64,000 nucleotides of DNA, taken from Thermodesulfobacteriota bacterium (GTDB lineage: Bacteria; Desulfobacterota_D; UBA1144; Nemesobacterales; JAJCZQ01). A program made the translations under genes and the position numbers. The DNA lies in the NCBI GenBank assembly GCA_965203965.1, contig CBDBDR010000017.1:640001-704000 (forward strand). Direction: 5' to 3'. The stretch's first letter is position 1. Each line of letters starts with the position of its first letter. Below, piece after piece: positions 43,178 to 53,367 of the stretch. The notes beneath the pieces are model-generated. The model ran no database searches and was not told where the DNA came from. It was given only the letters and a program-made list of their open reading frames with translations.

Positions 43178-43522
43178 ATGTATTTTGACTCCGAAAGACA
43201 AATTTCTCCAAATTTTGATCTCTCTGAAATTCAAAAAGAGCAGACTGACACAGCTTCGCTTTATAACGTCATATTGATAGACGATGACGACCACACCTAT
43301 GATTATGTTATTGAGATGTTGTGTGAGCTTTTTAGTCACAGTAAGACAACGGCTTTTGAGATGGCATGTGAAGTTGATTATACCGGCAGGGTTATTGTCC
43401 ATAAGGCTCGCAGAGAAGAAGCCGAGCTCAAAAAAGAGCAAATACTCTGTCATGGTCCGGATTGGCGACTTGAAAGAAGTATGGGGTCAATGCGAGCCAT
43501 TGTTGAAATCGCAAACTCTTGA
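43178..43522 (+). CDS. clpS: ATP-dependent Clp protease adaptor ClpS
   Basis: YNVILIDDDDHTYDYVIEML..VDYTGRVIV. Confidence 0.85.
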   Translation: MYFDSERQISPNFDLSEIQKEQTDTASLYNVILIDDDDHTYDYVIEMLCELFSHSKTTAFEMACEVDYTGRVIVHKARREEAELKKEQILCHGPDWRLERSMGSMRAIVEIANS

Positions 43523-44470
43523 AAAATTTTGCTTTATTACCCTCAGAAAATTTGCACCCATAATTTTTTTTACTCTCTCCCTGTCATAACCACGGTCCAG
43601 AAAATATTTTGCTACCAGTGGAAGTTCTGAAATCCGTCTTACTTCTTTGGGAAACTCTTTTATGTTTCCACCGTCAAGATCAGTGCCTATGCCAACGTGA
43701 TCCTCGCCGCACAGATTTACAATGTGATCCGTGTGTTTAAATATATCCTCCAAAGTTGGTGGACTTTCCCCGGTCTTGAGAAAAGAGTTATAAAAAACTA
43801 TTCCAACCACACCACCCCTTTCTGAGACTGCCATTAGTTGCTCATCCGTGAGATTTCTCGGATGGTCAGTTAGCACTCTTGCATTTGAGTGTGTGGCTAT
43901 TGGGATCAGTCGGGTTAATTCTATGGATTGCCAAAATGATCTTTCATTAAGATGGGAAAGATCCAGAGTAATGCCCATCTCGTTCATCTTTGCAATCAAC
44001 TTTACCCCATCTTTTGTGAGCCCTGTTTCGGTATCAGTTCCGGATGCAAACCTGTTTTGATTGTTCCATGAAAGACCCAGTATTCTAAGTCCCTTGCCGT
44101 GGTAGAACTCCAAGTCGTTCATATACCCTTCAATCGGATCGGCACCTTCCATAAGTGTCAGAAAACCTATCTTGTCATTTTTTTCAAGCTCGTTCAGATC
44201 TTTCAAATTATTAACCTGCATAACAACGTCTCTATGCTTTGCGTATATGCTGTCGTAAATTTCAACCTGCTTTTTTGCCTTTTGTGCTGTTCTGCGAGGT
44301 CTGTGCTTGGGATGAACAAATATAGTGTTGAAAACCAGTTTTACACCAGCTTCACGCAGCCATGGCAGTGTTATCATGCAATTTGCATCTGTATCGTCAA
44401 AATCTCGCTTAAAATAGTTCAGATGAAAAGCTATGTCCTCATGTGCATCAACTATAAAAAAATCATCCAT
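43487..44470 (-). CDS. membrane dipeptidase (M19) family
   Basis: DAHED, MEGA, DLSH, ATHSN, RNLTD, GIGTDLDG. Confidence 0.92.
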   Translation of the reverse strand: MDDFFIVDAHEDIAFHLNYFKRDFDDTDANCMITLPWLREAGVKLVFNTIFVHPKHRPRRTAQKAKKQVEIYDSIYAKHRDVVMQVNNLKDLNELEKNDKIGFLTLMEGADPIEGYMNDLEFYHGKGLRILGLSWNNQNRFASGTDTETGLTKDGVKLIAKMNEMGITLDLSHLNERSFWQSIELTRLIPIATHSNARVLTDHPRNLTDEQLMAVSERGGVVGIVFYNSFLKTGESPPTLEDIFKHTDHIVNLCGEDHVGIGTDLDGGNIKEFPKEVRRISELPLVAKYFLDRGYDRERVKKIMGANFLRVIKQNFSRVCDFNNGSH

Positions 44471-44472
44471 AT

Positions 44473-46032
44473 TTACTCACTTGACCCCCACCCTCCACCG
44501 CCTGGGGTTTCTATGCGAACAATATCACCTTTTTTAACACTGAAAGTTTTTTTCGGCGGAAGTTCAATCTCTCTGCCATCTGTGACCAAGATATTTCTGC
44601 CTAATTTCCCCTCCTCACCGCCGTTTATTCCATAAGGAGGGTTTAATCTCCTTTCAGTTATCAGAGACACTTTGACGTCGGTAAGAAACTGTATCTCTTT
44701 CACAATTCCATCTCCTCCTATGTATTTTCCTCTGCCACCGGAGTCACCGCGTATATAGTAGGATTTTATCAAAACAGGTAGCTCTTTCTCAAGAGCTTCA
44801 ACAGGTGTGTTAAGCGTATTAGTCATGTGAGTTTGAACCGCACTGACCCCGTTCATTCCTTTTCTCGCTCCCATACCTCCTCCAATCGTTTCGTAGTAGG
44901 CAAATTCAGTTTCACTTCCCTGCATCTTTCCTCCAAAAGCAATGTTGTTCATAGTCCCTGCGCTTGCTGCCTGCACTTTATCGGGAACGGATTTTGACAA
45001 AGCACCAAAAACAACGTCAACAACTCTCTGTGACGTTTCCACATTTCCCCCAACAACTGCACTGGGATATTTGGCATTCAGAATTGAGTTTTCATCAACT
45101 TTGACCTTTATAGCTCTTAGCGGACCAGAATTCAGAGGTATATAGTCCGGGGCAAGACACTGAAATACATAAAGAACGGCGGATACCGTAACACTGTAGG
45201 GTGCATTCAGACATCCTTGCACTTTTGCAGAGCTACCCCTAAAATCCACGGTGGCATTCCCTTCATCAATCGTAACTTCGGCTTTTAGCTCAATATTTTC
45301 ATTGCCCTGTCCGTCATCATCAAGAAAATCCCTGAATTTATAAACTCCGTCAGGTATATCAGAGATAACGCTCTTCATAATATTTGCACTGTAATTCAGT
45401 AGTTTGGAAGATGCTTCATTTATTGTATCTATCCCGTATTTATCAATAGCCTCAAGCAATTTTACTTTTCCTAATTCAAGACATGCGATCTGAGCTTTAA
45501 GGTCTCCTTCCCTCTCCTGCGGGTCCCTTGTTGCATCAAGTATCTGCTGCATAACGTCCCTGTTTTGCACTCCACCCCTATAGAGTCTGGAAGGAGAAAT
45601 AATTATACCCTCTTCGTGTACAGTGCTTGAAAGAGGCATTGAGCCCGGAGTATTACTGCCAATATCGGCATGATGTGCTCTGGATACGAGAAAAAATTTA
45701 GGTTCTCCATTGTAAAAAACAGGACTTATGCAGGTAATATCAGGCAGATGAGTGCCTCCCTTAAAAGGATCATTCAGAATAAATACATCCCCTTCCCTGA
45801 TCTCCTCGTTCAGTATTGCCCCAACGGAAAACGACATTGAACCAAGGTGGACGGGAATGTGTGCTGCTTGTGCTATCATTTCTCCCGAACTGTTAAATAT
45901 GGCACATGAAATATCCCGCCTCTCCTTTATGTTTGGAGAAAGTGCTGATCTGACAAGAATGGATCCCATCTCCTCTGCAATTGTGCCGAGAATATTGTTA
46001 AATATTTCAAGTTCAAAAATTCCGATTGACAA
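44473..46032 (-). CDS. hydantoinase B / 5-oxoprolinase subunit family
   Basis: IAEEMG, SPNIKERRD, NDPFKGGTHLPD, HHADIG, HMTNT, ETPGGGGWG. Confidence 0.92.
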   Translation of the reverse strand: MSIGIFELEIFNNILGTIAEEMGSILVRSALSPNIKERRDISCAIFNSSGEMIAQAAHIPVHLGSMSFSVGAILNEEIREGDVFILNDPFKGGTHLPDITCISPVFYNGEPKFFLVSRAHHADIGSNTPGSMPLSSTVHEEGIIISPSRLYRGGVQNRDVMQQILDATRDPQEREGDLKAQIACLELGKVKLLEAIDKYGIDTINEASSKLLNYSANIMKSVISDIPDGVYKFRDFLDDDGQGNENIELKAEVTIDEGNATVDFRGSSAKVQGCLNAPYSVTVSAVLYVFQCLAPDYIPLNSGPLRAIKVKVDENSILNAKYPSAVVGGNVETSQRVVDVVFGALSKSVPDKVQAASAGTMNNIAFGGKMQGSETEFAYYETIGGGMGARKGMNGVSAVQTHMTNTLNTPVEALEKELPVLIKSYYIRGDSGGRGKYIGGDGIVKEIQFLTDVKVSLITERRLNPPYGINGGEEGKLGRNILVTDGREIELPPKKTFSVKKGDIVRIETPGGGGWGSSE

Positions 46033-46119
46033 CTTGTATCATCTCCTCTGACTGGTAATTCTATAAGAAATTAGAAATAAAAATTATAACATTAACAAAA
46101 ATTTTATATCTATGAACGT

Positions 46120-46147
46120 TTGACACGGATAAATTAACGTGTATGTT
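46120..46147 (+). promoter_or_regulatory. putative promoter for riboswitch-receptor transcript
   Basis: TTGACA-16 nt-TATGTT. Confidence 0.5.
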
Positions 46148-46156
46148 GCTTGCCAA

Positions 46157-46322
46157 CTTATAGGTTAAGGGAATCAGATGAAAGTTCTGAACTGTGCCCG
46201 CAGCCGTAATAAGGTATGTCTTTGGATCTTATTGAAGCTAAACCATTTAGCTTCAAGTCACTGGTGAAAACTGGGAAGACTTATTCAAAGACCTATCCCT
46301 TTAAGTCGGAAAACCTGCCTAA
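46157..46322 (+). ncRNA. cobalamin riboswitch
   Basis: AGGGAA-TCAGATGAAAGTTCTGA-ACTGTGCCCGCAGCCGTAA ... TCACTG..CTGGGAAG ... B12 box AAGTCGGAAAACCTGCC, upstream of a TonB-dependent receptor. Confidence 0.9.
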
Positions 46323-46496
46323 ATATAATGAGTCAGCGTATCACCTCGGGAACAAGGTTATTGGCTTTTTGATGACATACTATAAAACATCAGATGATTA
46401 TGCCGTGTATATGATATGGCAATCTGAAGAAATCAGGAATCCATTAGCATTTTAGCAATCTGTTCTCTTTGAGTGTTGTGCACTAGGAGATTTGAA

Positions 46497-48437
46497 ATGA
46501 AAAATTTCATGCTTGTTTTATCATTTTTAACTTTTGTATGTTTTGTACAAAATTCTTTTGCCAAAGAAGCAGAAAGATTACAAGAGGTCATCATTACAGC
46601 CACAAAGATCCCGACCCCTTCTGAGCAGTTTGGAGCCTCAGTTGAGATCATTACACGTGATGATATTGAAAAAAGCCGCGCAGTAGAGGTAATAGATCTA
46701 TTAAGGAAGGTGCCGGGTTTGATCGTGTCGCAGTCCGGAAGCAAAGGAGGTACTTCCTCGTTGTTCGTGAGAGGAGGTGAAAGCGACTACAATCTTATAA
46801 TGATAGATGGAGTGCAAGTTAATCAATCTGCAGGTGCTTTTGATTTTTCTAACCTTACCACGGAAAACATAGAAAGGATCGAGATCATAAAAGGGTCTCA
46901 TTCTGCAATCTATGGCTCCGATGCCATATCATCAGTCATCAATATCATCACGAGAAAGGGACACGAAAAACTCGAACTTTACTTGTCAGGTGCCGTTGGA
47001 GCGAGAAAGGAGAACAAAAACCTTATATGGGAATATAAATCCGGCATTTCTTCTGGAAACGAGCGATACGGCTATTCTCTATCTTTTGGAAGATCAAGCG
47101 ATGAAGGAATACTGGATTTTAACAATGATTATACAAATAACACCTACACGGGCACTTTAAATTTGATCCCGGATGAAAAATTAAAATTCTCTATTACGGC
47201 AATCTATCAGGATTCTAAATTTGAATTTCCCACGGGAAGCGCTGGAGACAGATTTGATGTTCTTGATCCAGGTCAGTTCTCGGAAAACGATATAATTGTC
47301 ATAGGTGCTAATATCTCCCACAGAACCACTACATGGTGGGAGAACACCCTCTCTCTTGGTTGGACAGATCAGGAAAGGAAAAACAAAGATGAGGATAACG
47401 GTATAGAAATAGACCCATTTGGAGGCTTAGAAAGTAACGTAGAAGAAAGGAGACAAACGGCTGATTACAGGTCTAATATATTTTTTGATAACAACAACTT
47501 CTCCTCTGTCACAACATTGGGGTTTGAATACGAAAAGGAAAAGTACGATGGTTTTGGATTAAACAACTCAAGAAATAACTATGCTTACTATATTCAGGAA
47601 CAGTTTGGATTATATGAAAGGTTATTTATCACGGCAGGTGTAAGACTTGATGATAATGAAAATTACGGAACAGAATTTACCCCGAGAGTTTCAGTTTCAT
47701 ATTTAATCAAGGAGTATGGAACAAAACTGAGATCATCAGTAGGAAGGGGGATCAAAGAACCAAGTTTCTTTGAGAATTTTGCCAGCGGATTTGCCACAGG
47801 CAACCCAAATCTTGAACCTGAAGAATCATTAAGTATTGAAGGAGGTATAGATCAGCTTTTTTTCAATAATAATTTGGAAATTTATTTTACTTATTTCTGG
47901 AACAAGTTTGAAAATTTGATCCAGTATAAATTTGAAGGTTTTGCCAACGGGACAGATTATGCCAATATTCAGGAGGCTAAAACAAAGGGTATAGAGATTG
48001 GGGGGAATTTTAATATCAGTAGTGAATTGACTTTAGGTTTAAGCTACGTCTATCTTGATTCTGAAGTAACTGAAGATGGAGGTCTAAGCTCTGCTGGATT
48101 TTCTGAAGGGTCTAAATTGATCAGGAGACCCAACCACTATTTTTCACTTGTGGCAAACTATTTCTACAAAGATTTTAACTTGAACGCGTCTGGAACTTAT
48201 ATCGGCAAGCGAGACGACCTAAATTTTGCAGAATTTCCATCTAAACGTGTGGAAAATGACGGATACTTCAAAGCCGATTTAGCTGGGAGCTATAAACTGC
48301 CGCTGAATTTTTCTTATTTGAGCAGTGCAACCGTGTTTACAAGAATACAAAACCTTTTTAATAAGGATTATGAAGACGTGTTTGGATTTTCAAGTCCCAG
48401 GTTGAATTTTGTAGCTGGACTCTCAATTCGCATATAG
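46497..48437 (+). CDS. btuB: TonB-dependent receptor, BtuB-like cobalamin transporter
   Basis: Signal peptide, TonB box EVIITAT, plug VPG..RGG..IDG..IERIEIIKG..YGSDA, NPNLEPE; under a B12 riboswitch; AGGAG RBS before ATG 46497. Confidence 0.85.
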   Translation: MKNFMLVLSFLTFVCFVQNSFAKEAERLQEVIITATKIPTPSEQFGASVEIITRDDIEKSRAVEVIDLLRKVPGLIVSQSGSKGGTSSLFVRGGESDYNLIMIDGVQVNQSAGAFDFSNLTTENIERIEIIKGSHSAIYGSDAISSVINIITRKGHEKLELYLSGAVGARKENKNLIWEYKSGISSGNERYGYSLSFGRSSDEGILDFNNDYTNNTYTGTLNLIPDEKLKFSITAIYQDSKFEFPTGSAGDRFDVLDPGQFSENDIIVIGANISHRTTTWWENTLSLGWTDQERKNKDEDNGIEIDPFGGLESNVEERRQTADYRSNIFFDNNNFSSVTTLGFEYEKEKYDGFGLNNSRNNYAYYIQEQFGLYERLFITAGVRLDDNENYGTEFTPRVSVSYLIKEYGTKLRSSVGRGIKEPSFFENFASGFATGNPNLEPEESLSIEGGIDQLFFNNNLEIYFTYFWNKFENLIQYKFEGFANGTDYANIQEAKTKGIEIGGNFNISSELTLGLSYVYLDSEVTEDGGLSSAGFSEGSKLIRRPNHYFSLVANYFYKDFNLNASGTYIGKRDDLNFAEFPSKRVENDGYFKADLAGSYKLPLNFSYLSSATVFTRIQNLFNKDYEDVFGFSSPRLNFVAGLSIRI

Positions 48438-48455
48438 TTTTTGACTATATAATCA

Positions 48456-48496
48456 AGCGGTGTCGCCATGGCAAATATTGCTGGGCAAACACCGCT
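48456..48496. terminator. hairpin between convergent btuB and LLM genes
   Basis: AGCGGTGT...ACACCGCT extended stem. Confidence 0.5.
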
Positions 48497-48537
48497 CGAA
48501 CTGAACATCACATTGATATTCTACAAAGCCGATACTC

Positions 48538-49560
48538 TTAAAAGCGTGGTATCACTTCCTTGCCAAATAACTTAATACATTCAGAAATTACTCCGTTTGG
48601 AGCTTGAGGGAAAACCATTCTGCAGACAATGTAATCAATACCAGTTTCTTCCTTGTATTTATTGATCTCGTCAACGCAATACTCAGAAGTCCCTATAATA
48701 AACCTGTCTTCGGGAATATGCTCTAATAAAGGATCATCAATACTTTTAACCTGCTGACCCCTGACAAATATTTTCACACCCAAACTGAAGTAAAACTTAT
48801 ACATATTTATTATGTATTCTGTTCCCCCTTCAATTGCTTTATCTTTTGTTCCGGAAATAAATGTTTCCCTGAGCAAAACGTGCTTAATGCTTTCGGGATC
48901 ATGTCCGGCTTTGGATGCAGAATCATTAAACCAGTTCAGCGTATCCTTTATCATGTCGGTTGTTCTTCCGGGTCCTATTAAAAGTGGGTAGCCAAGTTTT
49001 CCTGCACGTCTTATGGCAGGTTCTTCAAATGCACCTATGTATATCGGTATCGGCTTTTGAATTGGTTTTGGAGTAACATTTATATCTTGGAAATTAAATC
49101 TTTTCCCATTATATGAAAAATCTTCATCCGCCCATGATTTTGTAATAATTTCCACTCCTTCTTCAATTCTTGAGGGGCGCTGGTTGATTGGAATATTGAA
49201 CCCTTCAAATTCTTCTTTCCTGTATCCAATTGCCACGCCGAGATCAAATCGCCCACCGGATATTATATCCACCGTTGCAGAATCCTCAGCAATGCGGACA
49301 GGGTTATGGAGCGGTAATATTAAAGCTCCCGTGCCAATCCTTATATTACTGGTAACTGCCGCCATTGCAGCTGCCATTGCAAGTGGAGATGAACAGTAGC
49401 CATCTTCCATGAAATGATGTTCGGATAACCATGCTGAGTAAAACCCCAAATCTTCCGCCAGTTTGACATTCTCAAGTGTGTCCTTGTAAAGCTCCCTGTG
49501 CGTAATGTTTGGAAGATCTTTATGGGTTTGCATACTGAAAAGTCCAACTCCAATTTTCAT
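48538..49560 (-). CDS. LLM-class (luciferase-like) flavin/F420-dependent oxidoreductase
   Basis: GFYSAWLSEHHF, LPLHNPVRIAED, SGGRFDLG, PKPIQKPIPI. Confidence 0.9.
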   Translation of the reverse strand: MKIGVGLFSMQTHKDLPNITHRELYKDTLENVKLAEDLGFYSAWLSEHHFMEDGYCSSPLAMAAAMAAVTSNIRIGTGALILPLHNPVRIAEDSATVDIISGGRFDLGVAIGYRKEEFEGFNIPINQRPSRIEEGVEIITKSWADEDFSYNGKRFNFQDINVTPKPIQKPIPIYIGAFEEPAIRRAGKLGYPLLIGPGRTTDMIKDTLNWFNDSASKAGHDPESIKHVLLRETFISGTKDKAIEGGTEYIINMYKFYFSLGVKIFVRGQQVKSIDDPLLEHIPEDRFIIGTSEYCVDEINKYKEETGIDYIVCRMVFPQAPNGVISECIKLFGKEVIPRF

Positions 49561-49672
49561 TAGACACCTCCAAAATAAACTGTGTAAATTATACCATCAC
49601 TTCCTTTTTAGTTGAATTTTCAAACAAAATACTGCTATAATCAACTTGAAAAAATTATAGTGAGGAAGTTAA

Positions 49673-50728
49673 ATGGCTAAAGAAATTAAATTTGGACTCT
49701 CCGCCCCCATGCCGGGTGCTGACGTTAAAGGATTAATTGAATTTTCTGTTATAGCAGACAAGTTAGGTTTTGACACCATCTGGTATCCCGACCATCTTTT
49801 GTTTGTAGCTCCTGGTGCAATTGCACCCGAGGCTTGGACGGTGGCAGCAGCCGCAGCAACTCAGACCAATAGCATTAATCTGGGCACTGTTTCCGACCCG
49901 CACAGGATGCACCCAGCAGTTTTTGCACAGAGACTCGCCACGGTGGATCAGCTATCAGAGGGAAGGACGGTTTTAACCCTTGGAGTTGGTGAGTCAATGA
50001 ACCTTGATGCCTTTGGTATAGAGTGGAATAAACCTCTCGCAAAACTTAGGGAATCAATGGAAGTTATGGAGATCCTTTGGCAGACGGATGAACCAACCAA
50101 TTTCAAAGGTCAGTTTTACAATCTTGAAAACGCATTTTTACAGATAAAACCTTATGAAAGAACAAAGATACCATTTTACATTGCCACTCACACGCCCAAG
50201 GGTCTTCAACTGACTGGAGAAAAAGGCAATGGATGGCTTCCAATTGACCTTAATCCTGATCTTTATTCAAAATATTATTCGGATATAAAGTCCGCAGCAA
50301 GCAACATAGGGCGTTCAATGGATGATTTTGACCCTGCTCTCTGGGTGTTCACATCGCTTGGCAAAAACATTGATGAAGCATATAAAACCCTTGAACCGTT
50401 TAAATACGTGCTTGTCATGCAAGACCAGTTGCTCAAAGCTGGTTACGACGTTGAAATACCGGAGGAGTATCACGGATTGAACTACTTTAATATCATACCA
50501 ACCGATGAAAAAGGAAGGCAGAAATTTAGAGAGTTGGGACAAATGTTTCCAAGAGAAGCAATCCTAGATTTTACAATTACCGGTGCCAAAAAAGACTGTA
50601 TTGAAAAGATTGAAAAATTTATTGACGTCGGCGTCAGAAATTTTGTTCTCTTTTACCGCTTCAGTCCTGATCCAGAGTTGGCTCTTGAAACTTATGCAAA
50701 TGAGATCATACCTTATTTTAAGGGCTAA
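49673..50728 (+). CDS. LLM-class oxidoreductase (Mer-like, probably F420-dependent)
   Basis: GFDTIWYPDH, HPAVFAQRLATVDQLSEGR, GVGESMN; extended -10 TGCTATAAT at 49633-49641. Confidence 0.88.
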   Translation: MAKEIKFGLSAPMPGADVKGLIEFSVIADKLGFDTIWYPDHLLFVAPGAIAPEAWTVAAAAATQTNSINLGTVSDPHRMHPAVFAQRLATVDQLSEGRTVLTLGVGESMNLDAFGIEWNKPLAKLRESMEVMEILWQTDEPTNFKGQFYNLENAFLQIKPYERTKIPFYIATHTPKGLQLTGEKGNGWLPIDLNPDLYSKYYSDIKSAASNIGRSMDDFDPALWVFTSLGKNIDEAYKTLEPFKYVLVMQDQLLKAGYDVEIPEEYHGLNYFNIIPTDEKGRQKFRELGQMFPREAILDFTITGAKKDCIEKIEKFIDVGVRNFVLFYRFSPDPELALETYANEIIPYFKG

Positions 50729-52311
50729 CCACTCTCAACAAACTCAACTCGGTTAAAATATATAAGATCCAGAGGATCAGGTTCAAGCCCTTTGATAAAC
50801 GGCTTTATCATGTTTTGCTGAACTTGATTAATGTATGGAACAATAGGTACATCCTTTTCCAACAATATCTTCTGGGACTGATTATAAAGGCTAATTCTGC
50901 GGTTCTTATCCCGCTCCCCCGCAGCCTTTCTAACAAGTCTATCGTATTCTGGATTGCACCAGTTGGTGTCGTTATTACCGCTGTTGCACTCAAAGAGATT
51001 CATAAAATTATGAGGATCCGGAAAATCGGCTCCCCAACCACCTCTGAATATCTCAGGTGGGTTAGTCTGAAGGGTTTTTAGATATACTTTCCATTCCTGA
51101 TTAACAAGCCTAACCTCAATTCCAAGATACTTTTTCCACATGCTCTGCAAAGCCTCAGCCACGATCCTGTTGTTACTGATATCCGGGTATAGAAATGATA
51201 CTTTAGGAAAATTTTTCCCTCCTGAGTAGCCCGAATCCATGAGCAGTTTTTTGGCTTTAACAGGATTAAATTTAATACCTATATCGGGGTTGTACGCGAG
51301 CATGTTTTTAGGTATCCATGAAGTTGCAGACAGCCCTGCTCCCTGTATCAATTTGACAATACTGTCTCTATCAATAGAACTCGCAAAAGCCTTGCGCACA
51401 AAGGGATTATCAAAAGGAGGTTTTTTTACGTTAAATGCCACGTAGCTGCCTCTGAACGCCTCACGGCTAACAAAATCTCTTGATTTCACAAGCCTTGGGA
51501 CTTCGAGCACGGGTATGCCCTTACTGTCCAAAAAGTCAAGCTCGCCACTTTCATAAAGCGCAAGTGCAGAAGTAGGATTTTCATTCATTATCATCCTAAC
51601 CTTTTTTACACTTTTAGGCTTTTCTCCCCAGTATCTTTTATTTTCCTTGAGAACTATAAAATTGTGATTTTTCCATTCCGCAAGATTATAAGCTCCCAGA
51701 GTTACTATATTTTCAGGTTCGGTCCAACTTGCACCGTGTTTTTTTACAACGTCTCCTCTCATGGGAAAGGTGGACATAAAAGCAAGAATACTTGTGAAAT
51801 AGCTGGCAGGACGCTCCAGTTCAACCTGCAAAGTCCTTTCATCAATGGCTTTTACACCTACTTTGTTAAAATCTTTGACCTGCCCTGCATTGTATTTTTC
51901 TGCATTTTTAATATCAAACAAAAAATATGCATAATCTCCACCGGTTAAAGGATCTAGTATCCTCCCCCATGAATAAACAAAATCCTGAGCTTTAAGAGGC
52001 TTACCATCAGACCACAGAACATTGTCCCGTATTTTGAACGTGTATATCTTGCCGTCTTCACTTATATCCCAACCTGACGCCAATGCAGGCTTCGGCTCAT
52101 GCTCCATGTTGAATCTGGTAAGCCCTTCCATAATGTTGTTAAGAATAGTGTATGAGGTGCTGTCGGTGGAAAGGGACCAATCCAGTGAAGGAGGTTCCGT
52201 TCCTATGTTGATATTTAGCGTGTCTTTTCCCCGCGTGCTTTTTTTGTCATTGTAGCAAGAAGGGAACAGAATGGTAATTAAAGCGAGTAGCAAAAAAAAG
52301 TATTTACTCAT
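50725..52311 (-). CDS. peptide ABC transporter substrate-binding lipoprotein (OppA family)
   Basis: Lipobox LFPSC from ATG 52311; EPPSLD, EGL, WSDG..AQDFVYSW, GWGADFPDP. Confidence 0.9.
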   Translation of the reverse strand: MSKYFFLLLALITILFPSCYNDKKSTRGKDTLNINIGTEPPSLDWSLSTDSTSYTILNNIMEGLTRFNMEHEPKPALASGWDISEDGKIYTFKIRDNVLWSDGKPLKAQDFVYSWGRILDPLTGGDYAYFLFDIKNAEKYNAGQVKDFNKVGVKAIDERTLQVELERPASYFTSILAFMSTFPMRGDVVKKHGASWTEPENIVTLGAYNLAEWKNHNFIVLKENKRYWGEKPKSVKKVRMIMNENPTSALALYESGELDFLDSKGIPVLEVPRLVKSRDFVSREAFRGSYVAFNVKKPPFDNPFVRKAFASSIDRDSIVKLIQGAGLSATSWIPKNMLAYNPDIGIKFNPVKAKKLLMDSGYSGGKNFPKVSFLYPDISNNRIVAEALQSMWKKYLGIEVRLVNQEWKVYLKTLQTNPPEIFRGGWGADFPDPHNFMNLFECNSGNNDTNWCNPEYDRLVRKAAGERDKNRRISLYNQSQKILLEKDVPIVPYINQVQQNMIKPFIKGLEPDPLDLIYFNRVEFVESG

Positions 52312-52431
52312 AGTGGATAAGAGTAATAAAACAGGGTGCAATATCAAACTATTATTGCATTCGTTCCCCCTACATAGTAACAAGTTAGAGCATACCACTT
52401 TTTCTGGTTATATTATTGTTTGGAACACCCA

Positions 52432-53367
52432 ATGTCCGAGACACTATCATGCAAAGATATATCCAGTAGTGCAGGTGAGCACCTATACGGGACGGCACCG
52501 AGAGTTGATCACTGGTTTTTGCTCGAATACCCGGGCCACTGGGAAAAAGATATTCCAGAGAATACTTCACTTCCACAAAGTGTGAAGGATGAGCTGAGTA
52601 AACTGCTTGGATCATTTACAAGTTCACGGTTGCAGCTTATCAAAGGAAGCAGTCTTAAAAATCCCAGTATATGCTTTTATTACATAGATTCCTCCGAGTT
52701 TGATCCCAAGGCATACAAATTCAAATTAAACAGCTACGAAGATATTATTGGTCTTGACTTGCTCAACCTTATAAAAAGTGGAGATATAAGTGATGTAGAA
52801 TCCGATGAGAAACTTGCTCTGATCTGCACCCATGGTTCTTACGACAGTTGCTGCGGTAAAAACGGGACTCCCGTATATAATGAAATTTCTAAAAATGAGA
52901 ATCTGAGTGTCTGGAGATCAACTCACGTCGGCGCACACAGATTCTCATCCAACGTGGTAATGCTTCCCGAAGGGATTTACTACGGCAGGATTGATCAGAA
53001 AAATTTAGGAAAAATGATAAGATCACATCTGAACAATGAAATTTATCTGGATTGTTTTAGGGGAAGATGCTGCTATAGCCAACCTTCACAGGTTTCTGAT
53101 TATTTTCTCAGGAAAGAGACCGGAAAATATGGTATATACGATATAAAATGGGAGTTTGAGAAGGACAGGGATGCCTATACAGCGGTTGAATTTAAACTTC
53201 AAGGAGAAAATCTTGGCTACAGCGTCAACTCAGTTGTGATGAACGATGCGATCAAAATAAAGACAAGTTGCAAAGACAATGAACCTGTTTCTATTCCACA
53301 GTTTTATTTTTACAGTCTTTTCCCTTACATACCCAAAGAAAAACAGGACAACGACAATGATCAATAA
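52432..53367 (+). CDS. sucrase/ferredoxin-like protein (thioredoxin-like 2Fe-2S)
   Basis: LLEYPGHW, ICTHGSYDSCCG, STHVGAHRF, YYGR; alternative start TTG at 52420. Confidence 0.85.
   Translation: MSETLSCKDISSSAGEHLYGTAPRVDHWFLLEYPGHWEKDIPENTSLPQSVKDELSKLLGSFTSSRLQLIKGSSLKNPSICFYYIDSSEFDPKAYKFKLNSYEDIIGLDLLNLIKSGDISDVESDEKLALICTHGSYDSCCGKNGTPVYNEISKNENLSVWRSTHVGAHRFSSNVVMLPEGIYYGRIDQKNLGKMIRSHLNNEIYLDCFRGRCCYSQPSQVSDYFLRKETGKYGIYDIKWEFEKDRDAYTAVEFKLQGENLGYSVNSVVMNDAIKIKTSCKDNEPVSIPQFYFYSLFPYIPKEKQDNDNDQ

Noticed and set aside
46216..46455. 79-aa ORF upstream of btuB
   Set aside because: It overlaps the cobalamin riboswitch and expression platform and has no protein features.
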